NCBI GenBank assembly: GCA_036258335.1
Contig: DATADW010000083.1
Span: forward strand, 1 to 61,199
DNA from: Acidimicrobiia bacterium
Lineage (GTDB): Bacteria; Actinomycetota; Acidimicrobiia; Spongiisociales; DATADW01
DNA: 61,199 bases
Reading direction: 5' to 3'
The translations under genes and the position numbers were made by a program. The notes under the pieces were generated by a model. It made no database searches. It was not told where the DNA came from and saw only the letters and a program-made list of their open reading frames with translations. Positions 46,564-55,393 of the stretch are shown in pieces; the first letter of the stretch is position 1, and the number at the start of each line of letters is the position of its first letter.

Positions 46564-47730
46564 TTGGTGCTGGTCGGGATCCTCAGTCTGATCCTGGCGA
46601 GCAGCATCCTGGTGACGGTGATAGTCGCAGCGCTCATCGCCTTCCTGCTCGCACCGATGGTCAAGTGGCTGGAGCGCCACATGCCGCGCTGGCTGGCGAT
46701 CCTCATCGCCTACCTGGTGTTCATCGTCGGGGTCATCTTCCTGTTCTTCGTGGTTCCGGTCCTCTTCGTCAGGTCGATCGACGAGATCGACATCACCGCC
46801 ATCTCGGACTCGATCGACGATTGGGCCATAGCCATCCTGAACGATCTCAGCAGCATCACCATTCTCGGCTTCACCGTCGACCTCACATCGATCACCCAGC
46901 CGATAATCGATGCCATCCAAGTCACATCTCCGCCCTCCCTGGCGTTGACCGCCGACCAGGTGAGCGCCCTTCTGTTCGGTGCGCTGGAAGCGACCGCCGG
47001 CCTGTTCGGAGTCGTCGTGTCGATCTTGAGCTTCGTGATCTTCACTCTTCTGATCGCCCTCTATATCAGCGGGAGCGGTGCCAGATTCGCCCACAGCACG
47101 CTCGGGCTCTTCCCGGCCAAGCACCACGTTGAGGTGGCCGCACTGGGAAGCAGGTTCTCCGGGGTCTGGAACGACTACATCAGGGGAGAGCTCACGCTCA
47201 TGGTGATCATGGGCGTGACCACCGGGATAGCTGTGTGGCTCATCGGCGTACCCGGAGCGTTCGTGCTCGGTCTCATCGCCGGGCTGCTCGAGGTGATCCC
47301 TACGTTCGGGCCAATCATCGCCACCATCCCCGCTGTGCTGGTGGCGCTGGTACAGGGGTCGGTCCGGTTTCCCGAGATGAACAACGTTCTCTTCGGAGTG
47401 CTGGTCATCGTCGTGTACGTGCTCCTGCAGCAACTGGAGAGCCAGCTCGTCTCGCCGAGGGTCTTGGGGGGGTCGGTCCAGGTCCCGGCGCTCGTCGTGC
47501 TGCTGGCGATTACCGTCGGGTTTGCCGTGGCCGGCGTTCTTGGTGCCATCCTCGCCGTACCTACGGTGGCTTCGGCTCGGGTGTTGTTCCGGTACGCATG
47601 GACCAAGGCCACAGGTGTCAACGTGTCGGCGGCTCAGGCCCAGCGGGCACCGCCGGACCGAGACGACGCGGAAGTAGCCATGAGCAGCACGGTTTCCCGC
47701 GCTGACGATTGGCCGCCCCCTCCGCCGTGA
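46564..47730 (+). CDS. AI-2E family (PerM/UPF0118) transporter
   Basis: Multi-TM protein with the family-typical GLIAGLLEVIPTFGPIIATIPAVLVAL. The true start may lie upstream of TTG 46564. Confidence 0.8.
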   Translation: MVLVGILSLILASSILVTVIVAALIAFLLAPMVKWLERHMPRWLAILIAYLVFIVGVIFLFFVVPVLFVRSIDEIDITAISDSIDDWAIAILNDLSSITILGFTVDLTSITQPIIDAIQVTSPPSLALTADQVSALLFGALEATAGLFGVVVSILSFVIFTLLIALYISGSGARFAHSTLGLFPAKHHVEVAALGSRFSGVWNDYIRGELTLMVIMGVTTGIAVWLIGVPGAFVLGLIAGLLEVIPTFGPIIATIPAVLVALVQGSVRFPEMNNVLFGVLVIVVYVLLQQLESQLVSPRVLGGSVQVPALVVLLAITVGFAVAGVLGAILAVPTVASARVLFRYAWTKATGVNVSAAQAQRAPPDRDDAEVAMSSTVSRADDWPPPPP

Positions 47731-48686
47731 GCGAGCCGGAGACCCGAGAACCGTCCACCGACGGCGACGGCCTGATCTCTCGGGTGAAGACATCGACCGG
47801 GCTGGCGCGTCAGCGGGCACTCGAGACGCTGGAGCGGGAGCGGATACGCAACCCGCTGGTGAGAATCGCCTACCAGTCCTACGAGCGCGACCGGAGATTC
47901 GCCGGAGGAGTACTCGCTGGAGGACTTTCCTACCGTCTCTTCCTGTTCCTGCTCCCCTTCTCCCTCTTCATCGTGACTGCCATCGGCGCGGTCGCCGATG
48001 GGGTGAACAGAGAGCTCTCCGATCTGGCTCAGCACGCCGGGCTGGGTGCTTCCCTGGCGGCAAGTGTCGGGGCGTCGGTGGACACATCCAACCGTGGCAT
48101 CTTCCTCATTGCCGGCTCGGCCGCCGTGCTGACGCTGGCCGCCGGGGTGGGGGTGATAAAGACGATGCGTTTGATAAGCGCCATCGCCTGGCAGGTTGAT
48201 CCGGGACGCATGACCCGGCGGATCTTCGCCTCCGCAATCCTCGCCGTGGGGTGCATGGCACTCATGGGTTTCCGCGCCTTGCTGCTCGAGGTGTCTGCCG
48301 GTCCGCTGGCCGAAGCGATCATCATCATCGCCGAGATGCTGATGATCGCCGCCGCCGTCCTTGCTGCGTATTGGGTTCTCCCCCGAGCAAAAGGGACCCA
48401 TTGGACCGATCTGATTCCCGGCGCGGTGTTGGTGACCGTTGGTTTTGCCGCCCTGCGGATCGTCACCATTGTGTGGTTCGCCAACCGGCTAGATCGGGTG
48501 GACGACCTCTACGGGGCTCTGGGTGTGGCCACCGTGTTTCTCGCTTGGCTGTTCATCGTCGCCCGGCTGCTGGTAGCCGGAGCCGCGCTAAACGCCACCC
48601 TATGGCTCGGCCGCATGGAAGATGACGCACCAGCTGAAACGTCCGAAGGCGAAGTCTCCAACGGGACTGCGCATGTGGGGGACTAG
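47727..48686 (+). CDS. YihY/BrkB family membrane protein
   Basis: RFAGGVLAGGLSYRLFLFLLPFSLFIV. GTG 47727 overlaps the upstream stop (GTGA). TTG 47709 is an alternative start. Confidence 0.75.
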   Translation: MSEPETREPSTDGDGLISRVKTSTGLARQRALETLERERIRNPLVRIAYQSYERDRRFAGGVLAGGLSYRLFLFLLPFSLFIVTAIGAVADGVNRELSDLAQHAGLGASLAASVGASVDTSNRGIFLIAGSAAVLTLAAGVGVIKTMRLISAIAWQVDPGRMTRRIFASAILAVGCMALMGFRALLLEVSAGPLAEAIIIIAEMLMIAAAVLAAYWVLPRAKGTHWTDLIPGAVLVTVGFAALRIVTIVWFANRLDRVDDLYGALGVATVFLAWLFIVARLLVAGAALNATLWLGRMEDDAPAETSEGEVSNGTAHVGD

Positions 48687-48743
48687 CGGTGTCCCGGTCC
48701 ATGGGCCGACGGAGATACCGCCCGACCGCGCCAGAGTTGCCGT

Positions 48744-49478
48744 TTGGTAGAGGCCTTCCTCGTCGGGGCGCTAGCCGCAGCCACACTGGTTGTGGGTGGG
48801 CTCATCGTGTTCATCCGCAAGCCGGCCGAACGCACCTTGGGGCTGGTGATGGCCTTCGGGGCCGGAGTGCTGGTGAGCGCGGTCGCCTTCGAGTTGGTCG
48901 AGGAGGCAACTGAGACCCCGGGGAGCGCAGGCGCCGCCTTCGTCGGTCTGTTCGCGGGGGCGATCACCTTCACCCTCGGCGACGCCGCGCTCGCCCGATA
49001 CGGAGTCCGTCATCGCAAGGACATCGGCGGCGCCCCGCTGGAAGCATCCGGGCTGGCGATCGTCCTCGGTGCGGTGCTCGACGGTGTTCCGGAATCTGCG
49101 GTGCTCGGGCTCACCCTCCTCCAAACGGGAAACGTTTCACTGTCGATGTTCGTGGCGGTCCTCGTCTCGAATCTCCCAGAGGCGATAGCCGCCTCCAGCA
49201 GCCTCGAGTCCTCCGGCTGGAGCAGGCGCGGTATCACCGTCCTTTGGACAGCCGTTGCCGTGGTGGCGGGACTGTCCTCAGCCGCCGGCTTCGTCCTGCT
49301 CGACGGTGCGACTCCTCAGACACTTTCTTTCGTCCTCACGTTCGCCGGCGGGGCGATCCTCACCATGCTGGCGACGACGATGATGCCGGAAGCTTTCGAC
49401 CATGTCGGGAGACCTGCCGGCTTGGCGACGGTGCTCGGCTTCGCCGTCGCATATGGCATCGACTTGATCGGTCGATGA
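48744..49478 (+). CDS. ZIP-family divalent metal transporter
   Basis: 8-TM pattern with AVLDGVPESAVLG and SNLPEAIAAS. TTG start. Confidence 0.75.
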   Translation: MVEAFLVGALAAATLVVGGLIVFIRKPAERTLGLVMAFGAGVLVSAVAFELVEEATETPGSAGAAFVGLFAGAITFTLGDAALARYGVRHRKDIGGAPLEASGLAIVLGAVLDGVPESAVLGLTLLQTGNVSLSMFVAVLVSNLPEAIAASSSLESSGWSRRGITVLWTAVAVVAGLSSAAGFVLLDGATPQTLSFVLTFAGGAILTMLATTMMPEAFDHVGRPAGLATVLGFAVAYGIDLIGR

Positions 49479-49487
49479 CCGTCGCCG

Positions 49488-50360
49488 ATGGCTGGATTCG
49501 GGCAAGCCGGTAGGGTCGGCAACGTGCGTTCCGTGGAGGTGACACAGCCCATCGACCAACTCGAAGCCGCGCTGGCCGGCACCCAGATCACCGGGTGGGA
49601 CGTTGTCTGGGCGGTCGTGGCGGTCATCGTGGCAGTGATCCTGTCGAGGCTGGCCCGCGGGGTGATGTGGCGGCTGCTGCGCAACGTCGACGGACTCTCA
49701 TTGGACGCAAAGCAACTGATCTGTCGCGTCACCGCCTGGGTCGTGATCCTGCTCGGGATCGCCGTAGCCATCAGCCTGATAGGCGGGAACTCTGCGCCGA
49801 TCGTCATCATCCTCATCATCGGGGCGGTGATCCTGGCGTTGGCGCTGCGGGGGACCGCCGAGAACTTCGCCGCTGGGATCGTGCTCCAGACCCGCGGTTC
49901 GATCAAGGTCGGAGACGAGATCGCTGCTTTGGGCTTCACCGGTATCGTCGAAGAGCTCAACGGGCGGAGCGTCGTCGTTCGCACCATCGACGGGAGGATC
50001 CTCCACCTGCCGAATGCCAAGGTGATCGAAGAGCCCTTGGCCAATCACTCGACGCTGGGCGCACGGCGCTCGGAGTTGTCGATCGAGTGCACCAATTCGG
50101 CGGACATCGAGACCGCCATCGAGGCGATCACCCGCGCCGCCACCCAAGCCGAAGGTGTGCTTGCCGACCCGGCGCCGTGGGTCGTGGTGACCTCGATGGG
50201 CGGCGAGGGCACGAGCCTCGTGCTCCGCTTCTGGCATGCGCCATCAGAAGGCCCGGTGGTGACCGCCCGGGTCGTGGCTGCGGTTGCCCGGTCGATCGAC
50301 GACACCGGCGTCATCTCGGTTGGACCCGTCGCCCCTGTGTTTCCCGGGCCGCCCAGGTGA
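49488..50360 (+). CDS. MscS-family mechanosensitive channel
   Basis: AENFAAGIVLQTRGSIKVGDEI...GIVEELNGRSVVVRTIDGRILHLPNAKV. Confidence 0.8.
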   Translation: MAGFGQAGRVGNVRSVEVTQPIDQLEAALAGTQITGWDVVWAVVAVIVAVILSRLARGVMWRLLRNVDGLSLDAKQLICRVTAWVVILLGIAVAISLIGGNSAPIVIILIIGAVILALALRGTAENFAAGIVLQTRGSIKVGDEIAALGFTGIVEELNGRSVVVRTIDGRILHLPNAKVIEEPLANHSTLGARRSELSIECTNSADIETAIEAITRAATQAEGVLADPAPWVVVTSMGGEGTSLVLRFWHAPSEGPVVTARVVAAVARSIDDTGVISVGPVAPVFPGPPR

Positions 50361-50367
50361 TCCGAGC

Positions 50368-50841
50368 TCAGTGCGCCGTGTCCCCGGCCAGCAACTGAAG
50401 CGCATGCGGTAGGACGGGGAGGATCGCTTCGAGGTTCTCCACCGCTCCCTTAGGGCTTCCCGGGAGATTGATGACCAGCGATCGACCCACCGACCCGGCT
50501 GCAGGGCGGGACAGAGCTGCCATCGGCGTTGCCGCCAGCCCGGCGGTCATCATCAGGTGGACCAACCCGGGAGCCTCGCGCTCCAACACGGCCCGGGTCG
50601 CCTCGGGGGTGACGTCGCGGGGCCCGAAGCCAGTGCCACCGGTGGTCACGACCAAGGCCGCCACCGAGGCCAGTTCTCTTATCGCCAGCTCGATCAACGG
50701 GCGTTCATCGGGAACCGTGCGGCGTGCTATCTCGGTGTATCCGGCCGCTCCGAGAATCTCCTCGAGCGCATCGCCCGACCGATCCTCACGGGTTCCGACG
50801 CTGACACCGTCCGAGACGGTGAGCACGGCTGCTCCCGTCAC
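50368..50841 (-). CDS. mogA: molybdenum cofactor biosynthesis protein MogA/MoaB type
   Basis: AAVLTVSDG and [22 protein letters not shown] 50841 overlaps the upstream stop. Confidence 0.8.
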   Translation of the reverse strand: MTGAAVLTVSDGVSVGTREDRSGDALEEILGAAGYTEIARRTVPDERPLIELAIRELASVAALVVTTGGTGFGPRDVTPEATRAVLEREAPGLVHLMMTAGLAATPMAALSRPAAGSVGRSLVINLPGSPKGAVENLEAILPVLPHALQLLAGDTAH

Positions 50842-51026
50842 GGTCGCTCTCCATTGGTGGAGTTGCTCGGCTCTTCCTGCTCCTGTTCTCGTCGTGCAGC
50901 ATCGGCCCGCGCTCGGCGCTCGGCGCGGCGCAAAAGCCAAATGATCGCCAGCGCCGGCAGGGCGAACATGAGGATCTCGTCCCAGCCACCCTGATGGAGC
51001 AGGACCACCGGCAATCGGGAGATCAC
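50838..51026 (-). CDS. small membrane protein (62 aa)
   Basis: GTG 51026 overlaps the upstream stop and the stop overlaps the mogA start. The product is [52 protein letters not shown]. Confidence 0.4.
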   Translation of the reverse strand: MISRLPVVLLHQGGWDEILMFALPALAIIWLLRRAERRARADAARREQEQEEPSNSTNGERP

Positions 51027-52366
51027 GCGAGAGCGGTGACGGTCATGACGGCGAGGGTGAGCGTCACTATGAGGAGAAGCATCCCATACTCTCGCCGTAC
51101 CGTGTTGCCCTGGGGATCCAGCAACGCCATCCGCTGGTGCACCACCGCGAGCGACGCGATGCCGCCGCCGACGAAGCCCGCCGCCTGGAACCACCACAGG
51201 GTGGCAGGGGTGGCGAAGAAGGCGATCTTGTGATCGGCCGTGCCGAACAGGTCCCAGCCCATGCCAAGCGGGTCGCTGATCGTCGACAGGAGAAGCTGCC
51301 CCTCGAAGAGGAGGACGGGGAGGTGGTGGCCGAGCGTCGCCGCCAGGGCCAAAGGCGCCAGCGCCGGGGCAAAGACCCTAGTCATCGTCGAGGCTGGGAA
51401 CTCTCTGCGGGCGGCAGAGCGGGATGCGAGATATAGCGCCACCGACACGAGAGCCGACATGGTCAACAACCCCAGCGTCCCAAGTGCGACTGAGCCTGCG
51501 GCGTTGCCCATCATCCCCAACCACCACGGGGTGAAGGAGAACCCATCCCACAACACCGCTCCGATCATCACCGCGACGAATCCGCCAAGACCCGGTGGCG
51601 ATGCCATGCGTGTCAGCGGGTCGAGCCACCCCCTCTTTCGCCCGCCGCTCTCGTCCTTGCCGAGCGGTGAGATGCCCCCGGCCATCGCGTTGTAGGTGGT
51701 AAAGGGGTCGGCGATCCGAAGGGCTCTCTCTCGGCCGGCGACCGCAGCCAACCCGAGCAGCCCAACGGTGAGTCCTACGGCCCCCCACCCAAGGGCCGCC
51801 GCCATGCCCCTGAGCGGAGACACCACCTGTAACCACACAAAGACCAGGTACCCGATGGCAGCCGGCCAAACGCCGAGACGCTCCATTTTGGGCCGGGTCG
51901 CCGCCTCGCCGAGACCGGTCCATTGGGCAAGCGCACGCCACGGGTTGAGCGACGCGTAGAGGTCACCGAACACGATCTCCGCCAGCGGCAGGCCGAGCCA
52001 GAAGAGCACATTGACCAGCACCGGGGCAAGGTTGCGCGACGGGTTGTCGACACCGGCGATCCCGGCGACGACGACCAGAACCAGCCCGCCAACCCCGATG
52101 ATTTCAGCCGCCCGGGACGGCCGCTCCATCGGCCGCTCGAGGCTCTCGGCGGTGACCTCCTCCGGGCGGTCTTGTGGTTGTCGGGTAGCCACCACGGCGA
52201 AAGCGACCACCAGGATCAGTCCTCCCGCGAATAGAAAGACCTCCAGCGGCAGAGGCAGATCGCCCTGCGGCCCCATCCCGTGCGCCGCGGTCGCTGCCGG
52301 GACGAGGAGCAACGCGAGCAACAGCCCACCGGAGGTCCACCACCGGCGGATCGATCCCCCGGTCAC
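51023..52366 (-). CDS. polytopic membrane protein, function unknown
   Basis: About 10 hydrophobic segments. The track ORF N-terminus (to 52492) merely translates the heptamer array, so GTG 52366 ([30 protein letters not shown]) was chosen. The start is uncertain. Confidence 0.6.
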   Translation of the reverse strand: MTGGSIRRWWTSGGLLLALLLVPAATAAHGMGPQGDLPLPLEVFLFAGGLILVVAFAVVATRQPQDRPEEVTAESLERPMERPSRAAEIIGVGGLVLVVVAGIAGVDNPSRNLAPVLVNVLFWLGLPLAEIVFGDLYASLNPWRALAQWTGLGEAATRPKMERLGVWPAAIGYLVFVWLQVVSPLRGMAAALGWGAVGLTVGLLGLAAVAGRERALRIADPFTTYNAMAGGISPLGKDESGGRKRGWLDPLTRMASPPGLGGFVAVMIGAVLWDGFSFTPWWLGMMGNAAGSVALGTLGLLTMSALVSVALYLASRSAARREFPASTMTRVFAPALAPLALAATLGHHLPVLLFEGQLLLSTISDPLGMGWDLFGTADHKIAFFATPATLWWFQAAGFVGGGIASLAVVHQRMALLDPQGNTVRREYGMLLLIVTLTLAVMTVTALA

Positions 52367-52403
52367 GGGGAGGGAGGGTACTGCCGCCTGCGTTGCAGGC
52401 GGA

Positions 52404-52487
52404 GGCGGAAGACGGAAGGCGGAAGACGGAAGACCGAAGACGGAAGACGGAAGCAAGGGGACGGCGGACGGCAGACGGCCGACGGCA
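52404..52487 (+). repeat. heptamer tandem array, 12 units
   Basis: ggcggaa gacggaa ggcggaa gacggaa gaccgaa gacggaa gacggaa gcaaggg gacggcg gacggca gacggcc gacggca. It is preceded by a perfect hairpin ccgcctgc-gtt-gcaggcgg at 52385-52403. Confidence 0.9.
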
Positions 52488-52562
52488 GCCAAACCAACTC
52501 CGCTTACTCGGAGGGGAAGGGCTCACCGACGCTGGGCGTGTCACGGCGCGACAATTGAGACG

Positions 52563-53000
52563 ATGGATGTTTTCTTCGAGGCGGCGTTGGACGAAGCGCG
52601 GGTGGGGGCCGGTGAGGGCGGGATCCCGATCGGCTCGGTGCTGGTGATCGATGGCGAGGTCGTCGGACGGGGCCACAACCGCCGTGTCCAAAAGGGGAGC
52701 GTCGTCCTCCATGCCGAGATGGATGCGCTCGAGGACGCAGGGCGTCTATCAGCCGACGATTACCGCAGGTCGACGCTCTACTCGACGCTTTCACCGTGCG
52801 ACATGTGCTCGGGCGCCGTGCTCCTATACGGCATCCCCCGGGTTGTGGTGGGGGAGCACAGGACCTTCAGTGGCCCCGAGGCCTACCTGCGGTCTCGCCA
52901 GGTCGAGGTGGTGGTGCTGGACGACCCCGATTGCCTGCGGCTGATGACGCGATTCATCGCCGAGAACCCCGATCTCTGGAACGAGGACATCGGCGAGTGA
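52563..53000 (+). CDS. cytosine deaminase, FCY1 (CMP/dCMP-deaminase fold) type
   Basis: HAEMDAL and PCDMCSGA zinc motifs. The C-terminal FIAENPDLWNEDIGE resembles the yeast Fcy1 tail. Confidence 0.75.
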   Translation: MDVFFEAALDEARVGAGEGGIPIGSVLVIDGEVVGRGHNRRVQKGSVVLHAEMDALEDAGRLSADDYRRSTLYSTLSPCDMCSGAVLLYGIPRVVVGEHRTFSGPEAYLRSRQVEVVVLDDPDCLRLMTRFIAENPDLWNEDIGE

Positions 53001-53018
53001 GACCGCCGATCTGGCCGG

Positions 53019-54458
53019 GTGGCGCAGCCCGCTGCGGCGGGTAGCCTCGCCACCGTCATGACCCACACCTCCGACGACCTGGTTGACGTCCACCCCAGGA
53101 GACAGATACTCGCCCTCGTCCTGGCGGTGACCGCCACCGTCCCAGGAATGATCATTCGATTCACCGAGCCGGAGCTGTCGGCCCCCATCCAGGCGATCAC
53201 GTTCGGCTTGGCCATCGTCGGCGCCGCCTTCGTCCTCGCCTGGGCCGCCGAGGTGGCGCAACTAGACATATCAGCCGGGCTCGCCATAGCCCTGCTCGCC
53301 CTGATCGCCGTGCTCCCCGAGTACGCCGTTGACCTGGTGTTTGCCTGGAGGGGTGGTGAGGCGTACGAGACGTACGGCGCCGCCTGCGGCCCGGCCGGGG
53401 TCGATTACAACGACACGCCGTGCTCGTTTGCCCTGGCCAACATGACCGGGGCCAACCGGCTGCTCATCGGGGTGGGGTGGTCGATGGTGGTGCTGCTCGC
53501 CTGGTGGCGTTACCGGACGTTGTCGCGACGCAGGGCCAAATCGCCCGAGCGGGTCACCCCCGCCCAGCTACATGAGATGGAGGGTCAGACCGGTTCCGGG
53601 ATCACCCTCGACCGGGGGCACACCGTCGAGGTGGCATTCCTCGCAGCAGCCACCATCTACTCGCTGACATTGCCGCTGAAGACGAGCATCACGCTGATCG
53701 ACGCCGCGGTGCTCGTCGGGATCTTCGTGCTGTACACGATCCGCATCTCGAGAGCGCCCGCCGAGGAGCCGCATCTCGTCGGGCCCGCCCGCTACGTGGG
53801 CACCTTCTCCGACGCCCCCCGAAGGGTGGCTGTGGTGGCGATGTTCGCCTTCGCCGCCACGGTCATCCTGCTCTGCGCCGAGCACTTCGCCGACGCCTTG
53901 GTGGAGTCCGGCGAGGCGGTGGGGGTCCCGGCCTTCTTCCTGGTGCAGTGGCTGGCGCCTCTTGCCTCCGAAGCTCCCGAGTTGTTGGTGGCTGCGCTTT
54001 ACGCCTGGAGGCTCAACACGAGCAGCGCCCTGGGAACTCTGGTCTCGTCGAAGGTCAACCAATGGACGCTGCTGGTGGGAACTCTCCCCATCGTCTTCGC
54101 CATCTCTGCGGGGGAACTGGTCGGGCTGCCACTCGACTCGCTCCAGCGCGAGGAATTGTTCCTCACCGCGGCCCAGTCGCTGTTCGCTGTGGCGCTGCTC
54201 AGCAACCTCTCGCTCGGGGTGCGCGAGGCGCTGGCACTAGCCGGGCTCTTCTTCGCACAGTTCGTGCTCGGCGCGGTCGTCCCCGAGCAGTTCATCGCAG
54301 CAGAGCGCATCGGGCTCGGCATCCTCTATCTCGTGCTCGGCACGGTGATCTTCCTACGCGATCGCAAGAGGCTGCCCCACTTGCTGCACGACGGGTTCCG
54401 CGCTCCCTATGCCGAGTTGTTGGCCGAGACCAAAGGGCCTTCTCAGCCCGCCGGATAG
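53019..54458 (+). CDS. CaCA-superfamily-like cation antiporter
   Basis: Polytopic protein with two alpha-repeat-like motifs (LIAVLPEYAVD and LASEAPELLVA). The start may be ATG 53058. Confidence 0.6.
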   Translation: MAQPAAAGSLATVMTHTSDDLVDVHPRRQILALVLAVTATVPGMIIRFTEPELSAPIQAITFGLAIVGAAFVLAWAAEVAQLDISAGLAIALLALIAVLPEYAVDLVFAWRGGEAYETYGAACGPAGVDYNDTPCSFALANMTGANRLLIGVGWSMVVLLAWWRYRTLSRRRAKSPERVTPAQLHEMEGQTGSGITLDRGHTVEVAFLAAATIYSLTLPLKTSITLIDAAVLVGIFVLYTIRISRAPAEEPHLVGPARYVGTFSDAPRRVAVVAMFAFAATVILLCAEHFADALVESGEAVGVPAFFLVQWLAPLASEAPELLVAALYAWRLNTSSALGTLVSSKVNQWTLLVGTLPIVFAISAGELVGLPLDSLQREELFLTAAQSLFAVALLSNLSLGVREALALAGLFFAQFVLGAVVPEQFIAAERIGLGILYLVLGTVIFLRDRKRLPHLLHDGFRAPYAELLAETKGPSQPAG

Positions 54459-55294
54459 CCGCCCACGAACTCGTCGACCACTCCACCCGAGCTGACCTGC
54501 GCCGTCCCCTTTTTCCCAGCGACCTCATGGACGAAGACGTCCTGACCGAAGTTGCGGGTGTTGAGCCGGCAGGTTGTGTTGTCGGTCCCACGTGCCCAGA
54601 TGCTGACCGTATGGTTCCCGGCGCCAACATCACGGAACATCCCGGTGATGCCTATCGGCGAGTTGGCCGCAAACAACACGGCACTCGATCCCGTCTCCAG
54701 GTTGAAGTTGGTGGAGGTCTGGTTCTGGTCGTTCCTGTTGTCGATGCGAAGCTGGAATTCGCAGAAGCGATTGTCGACGTCACCGCTTGCGCCGCCGTGA
54801 CCGTTCCACATCAGCAGCAAGTCGGAGCCGCTGGTGTCCTTGTTGAAGCTCCCGACCGTTCGGATCTTCTGGTACTGAGCAGTCACCGACTTCGTGTCCT
54901 GACCGGTGTAATGGAGTCTTGTGAGTGTCGGCGCCCCGGCGTAAGCGGAAGCCGGCTTCCCAGCCAGTCGGGCAGCGTTCACTGATGGGGCGGTCAACGG
55001 ATCGTTCCCCGACAGCCGGTACAAGAACGATGCCATCTGCTCGCGGGAGACCTTCTCCTTCGGGCAATACTGGGTCGCGGTGCAGCCTTGGGTGACACCA
55101 TTGTTGCGTACCCACTCGATGCCGTCGATGTGGACATTGTTATCGTCGACGTCGGCGAAGATGCTGCCAGCGAATGCCGCCGCGGGCACCAAGAGCGCAA
55201 CCAAGACGAGCAGAATGATGGCGAGTCGCTTCGAGATCGTGACTTGAACCACCAGGGCCTCCCTTTGGACGGACACGCCGGAGGGAAACCGCAC
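54443..55294 (-). CDS. secreted protein with one SLH-like module and a C-terminal beta-rich domain
   Basis: Signal peptide KRLAIILLVLVALLVPAAAFAG. FADVDDNNVHIDGIEWVRNNGVTQG...VSREQMASFLYRL fits the SLH pattern. Visibly less GC-rich than its neighbours. Confidence 0.5.
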   Translation of the reverse strand: MRFPSGVSVQREALVVQVTISKRLAIILLVLVALLVPAAAFAGSIFADVDDNNVHIDGIEWVRNNGVTQGCTATQYCPKEKVSREQMASFLYRLSGNDPLTAPSVNAARLAGKPASAYAGAPTLTRLHYTGQDTKSVTAQYQKIRTVGSFNKDTSGSDLLLMWNGHGGASGDVDNRFCEFQLRIDNRNDQNQTSTNFNLETGSSAVLFAANSPIGITGMFRDVGAGNHTVSIWARGTDNTTCRLNTRNFGQDVFVHEVAGKKGTAQVSSGGVVDEFVGGYPAG

Positions 55295-55393
55295 GCCCCC
55301 GACGGTCCGCGGAAGCTAGCGCAGAACGGGGCCAGGGTCCAGCATTGTCAGAACGTCCGCTCGACGCTGGCGTTTTGACCCGTCCGCCGGCTG

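Noticed and set aside
51023-52492. The full 489-aa ORF-track model, including MAAVGRLPSAVPLLPSSVFGLPSSAFRLPPPP.
   Set aside because: That N-terminus is simply the reverse translation of the heptamer array. The start was moved to GTG 52366, although no convincing SD precedes it.
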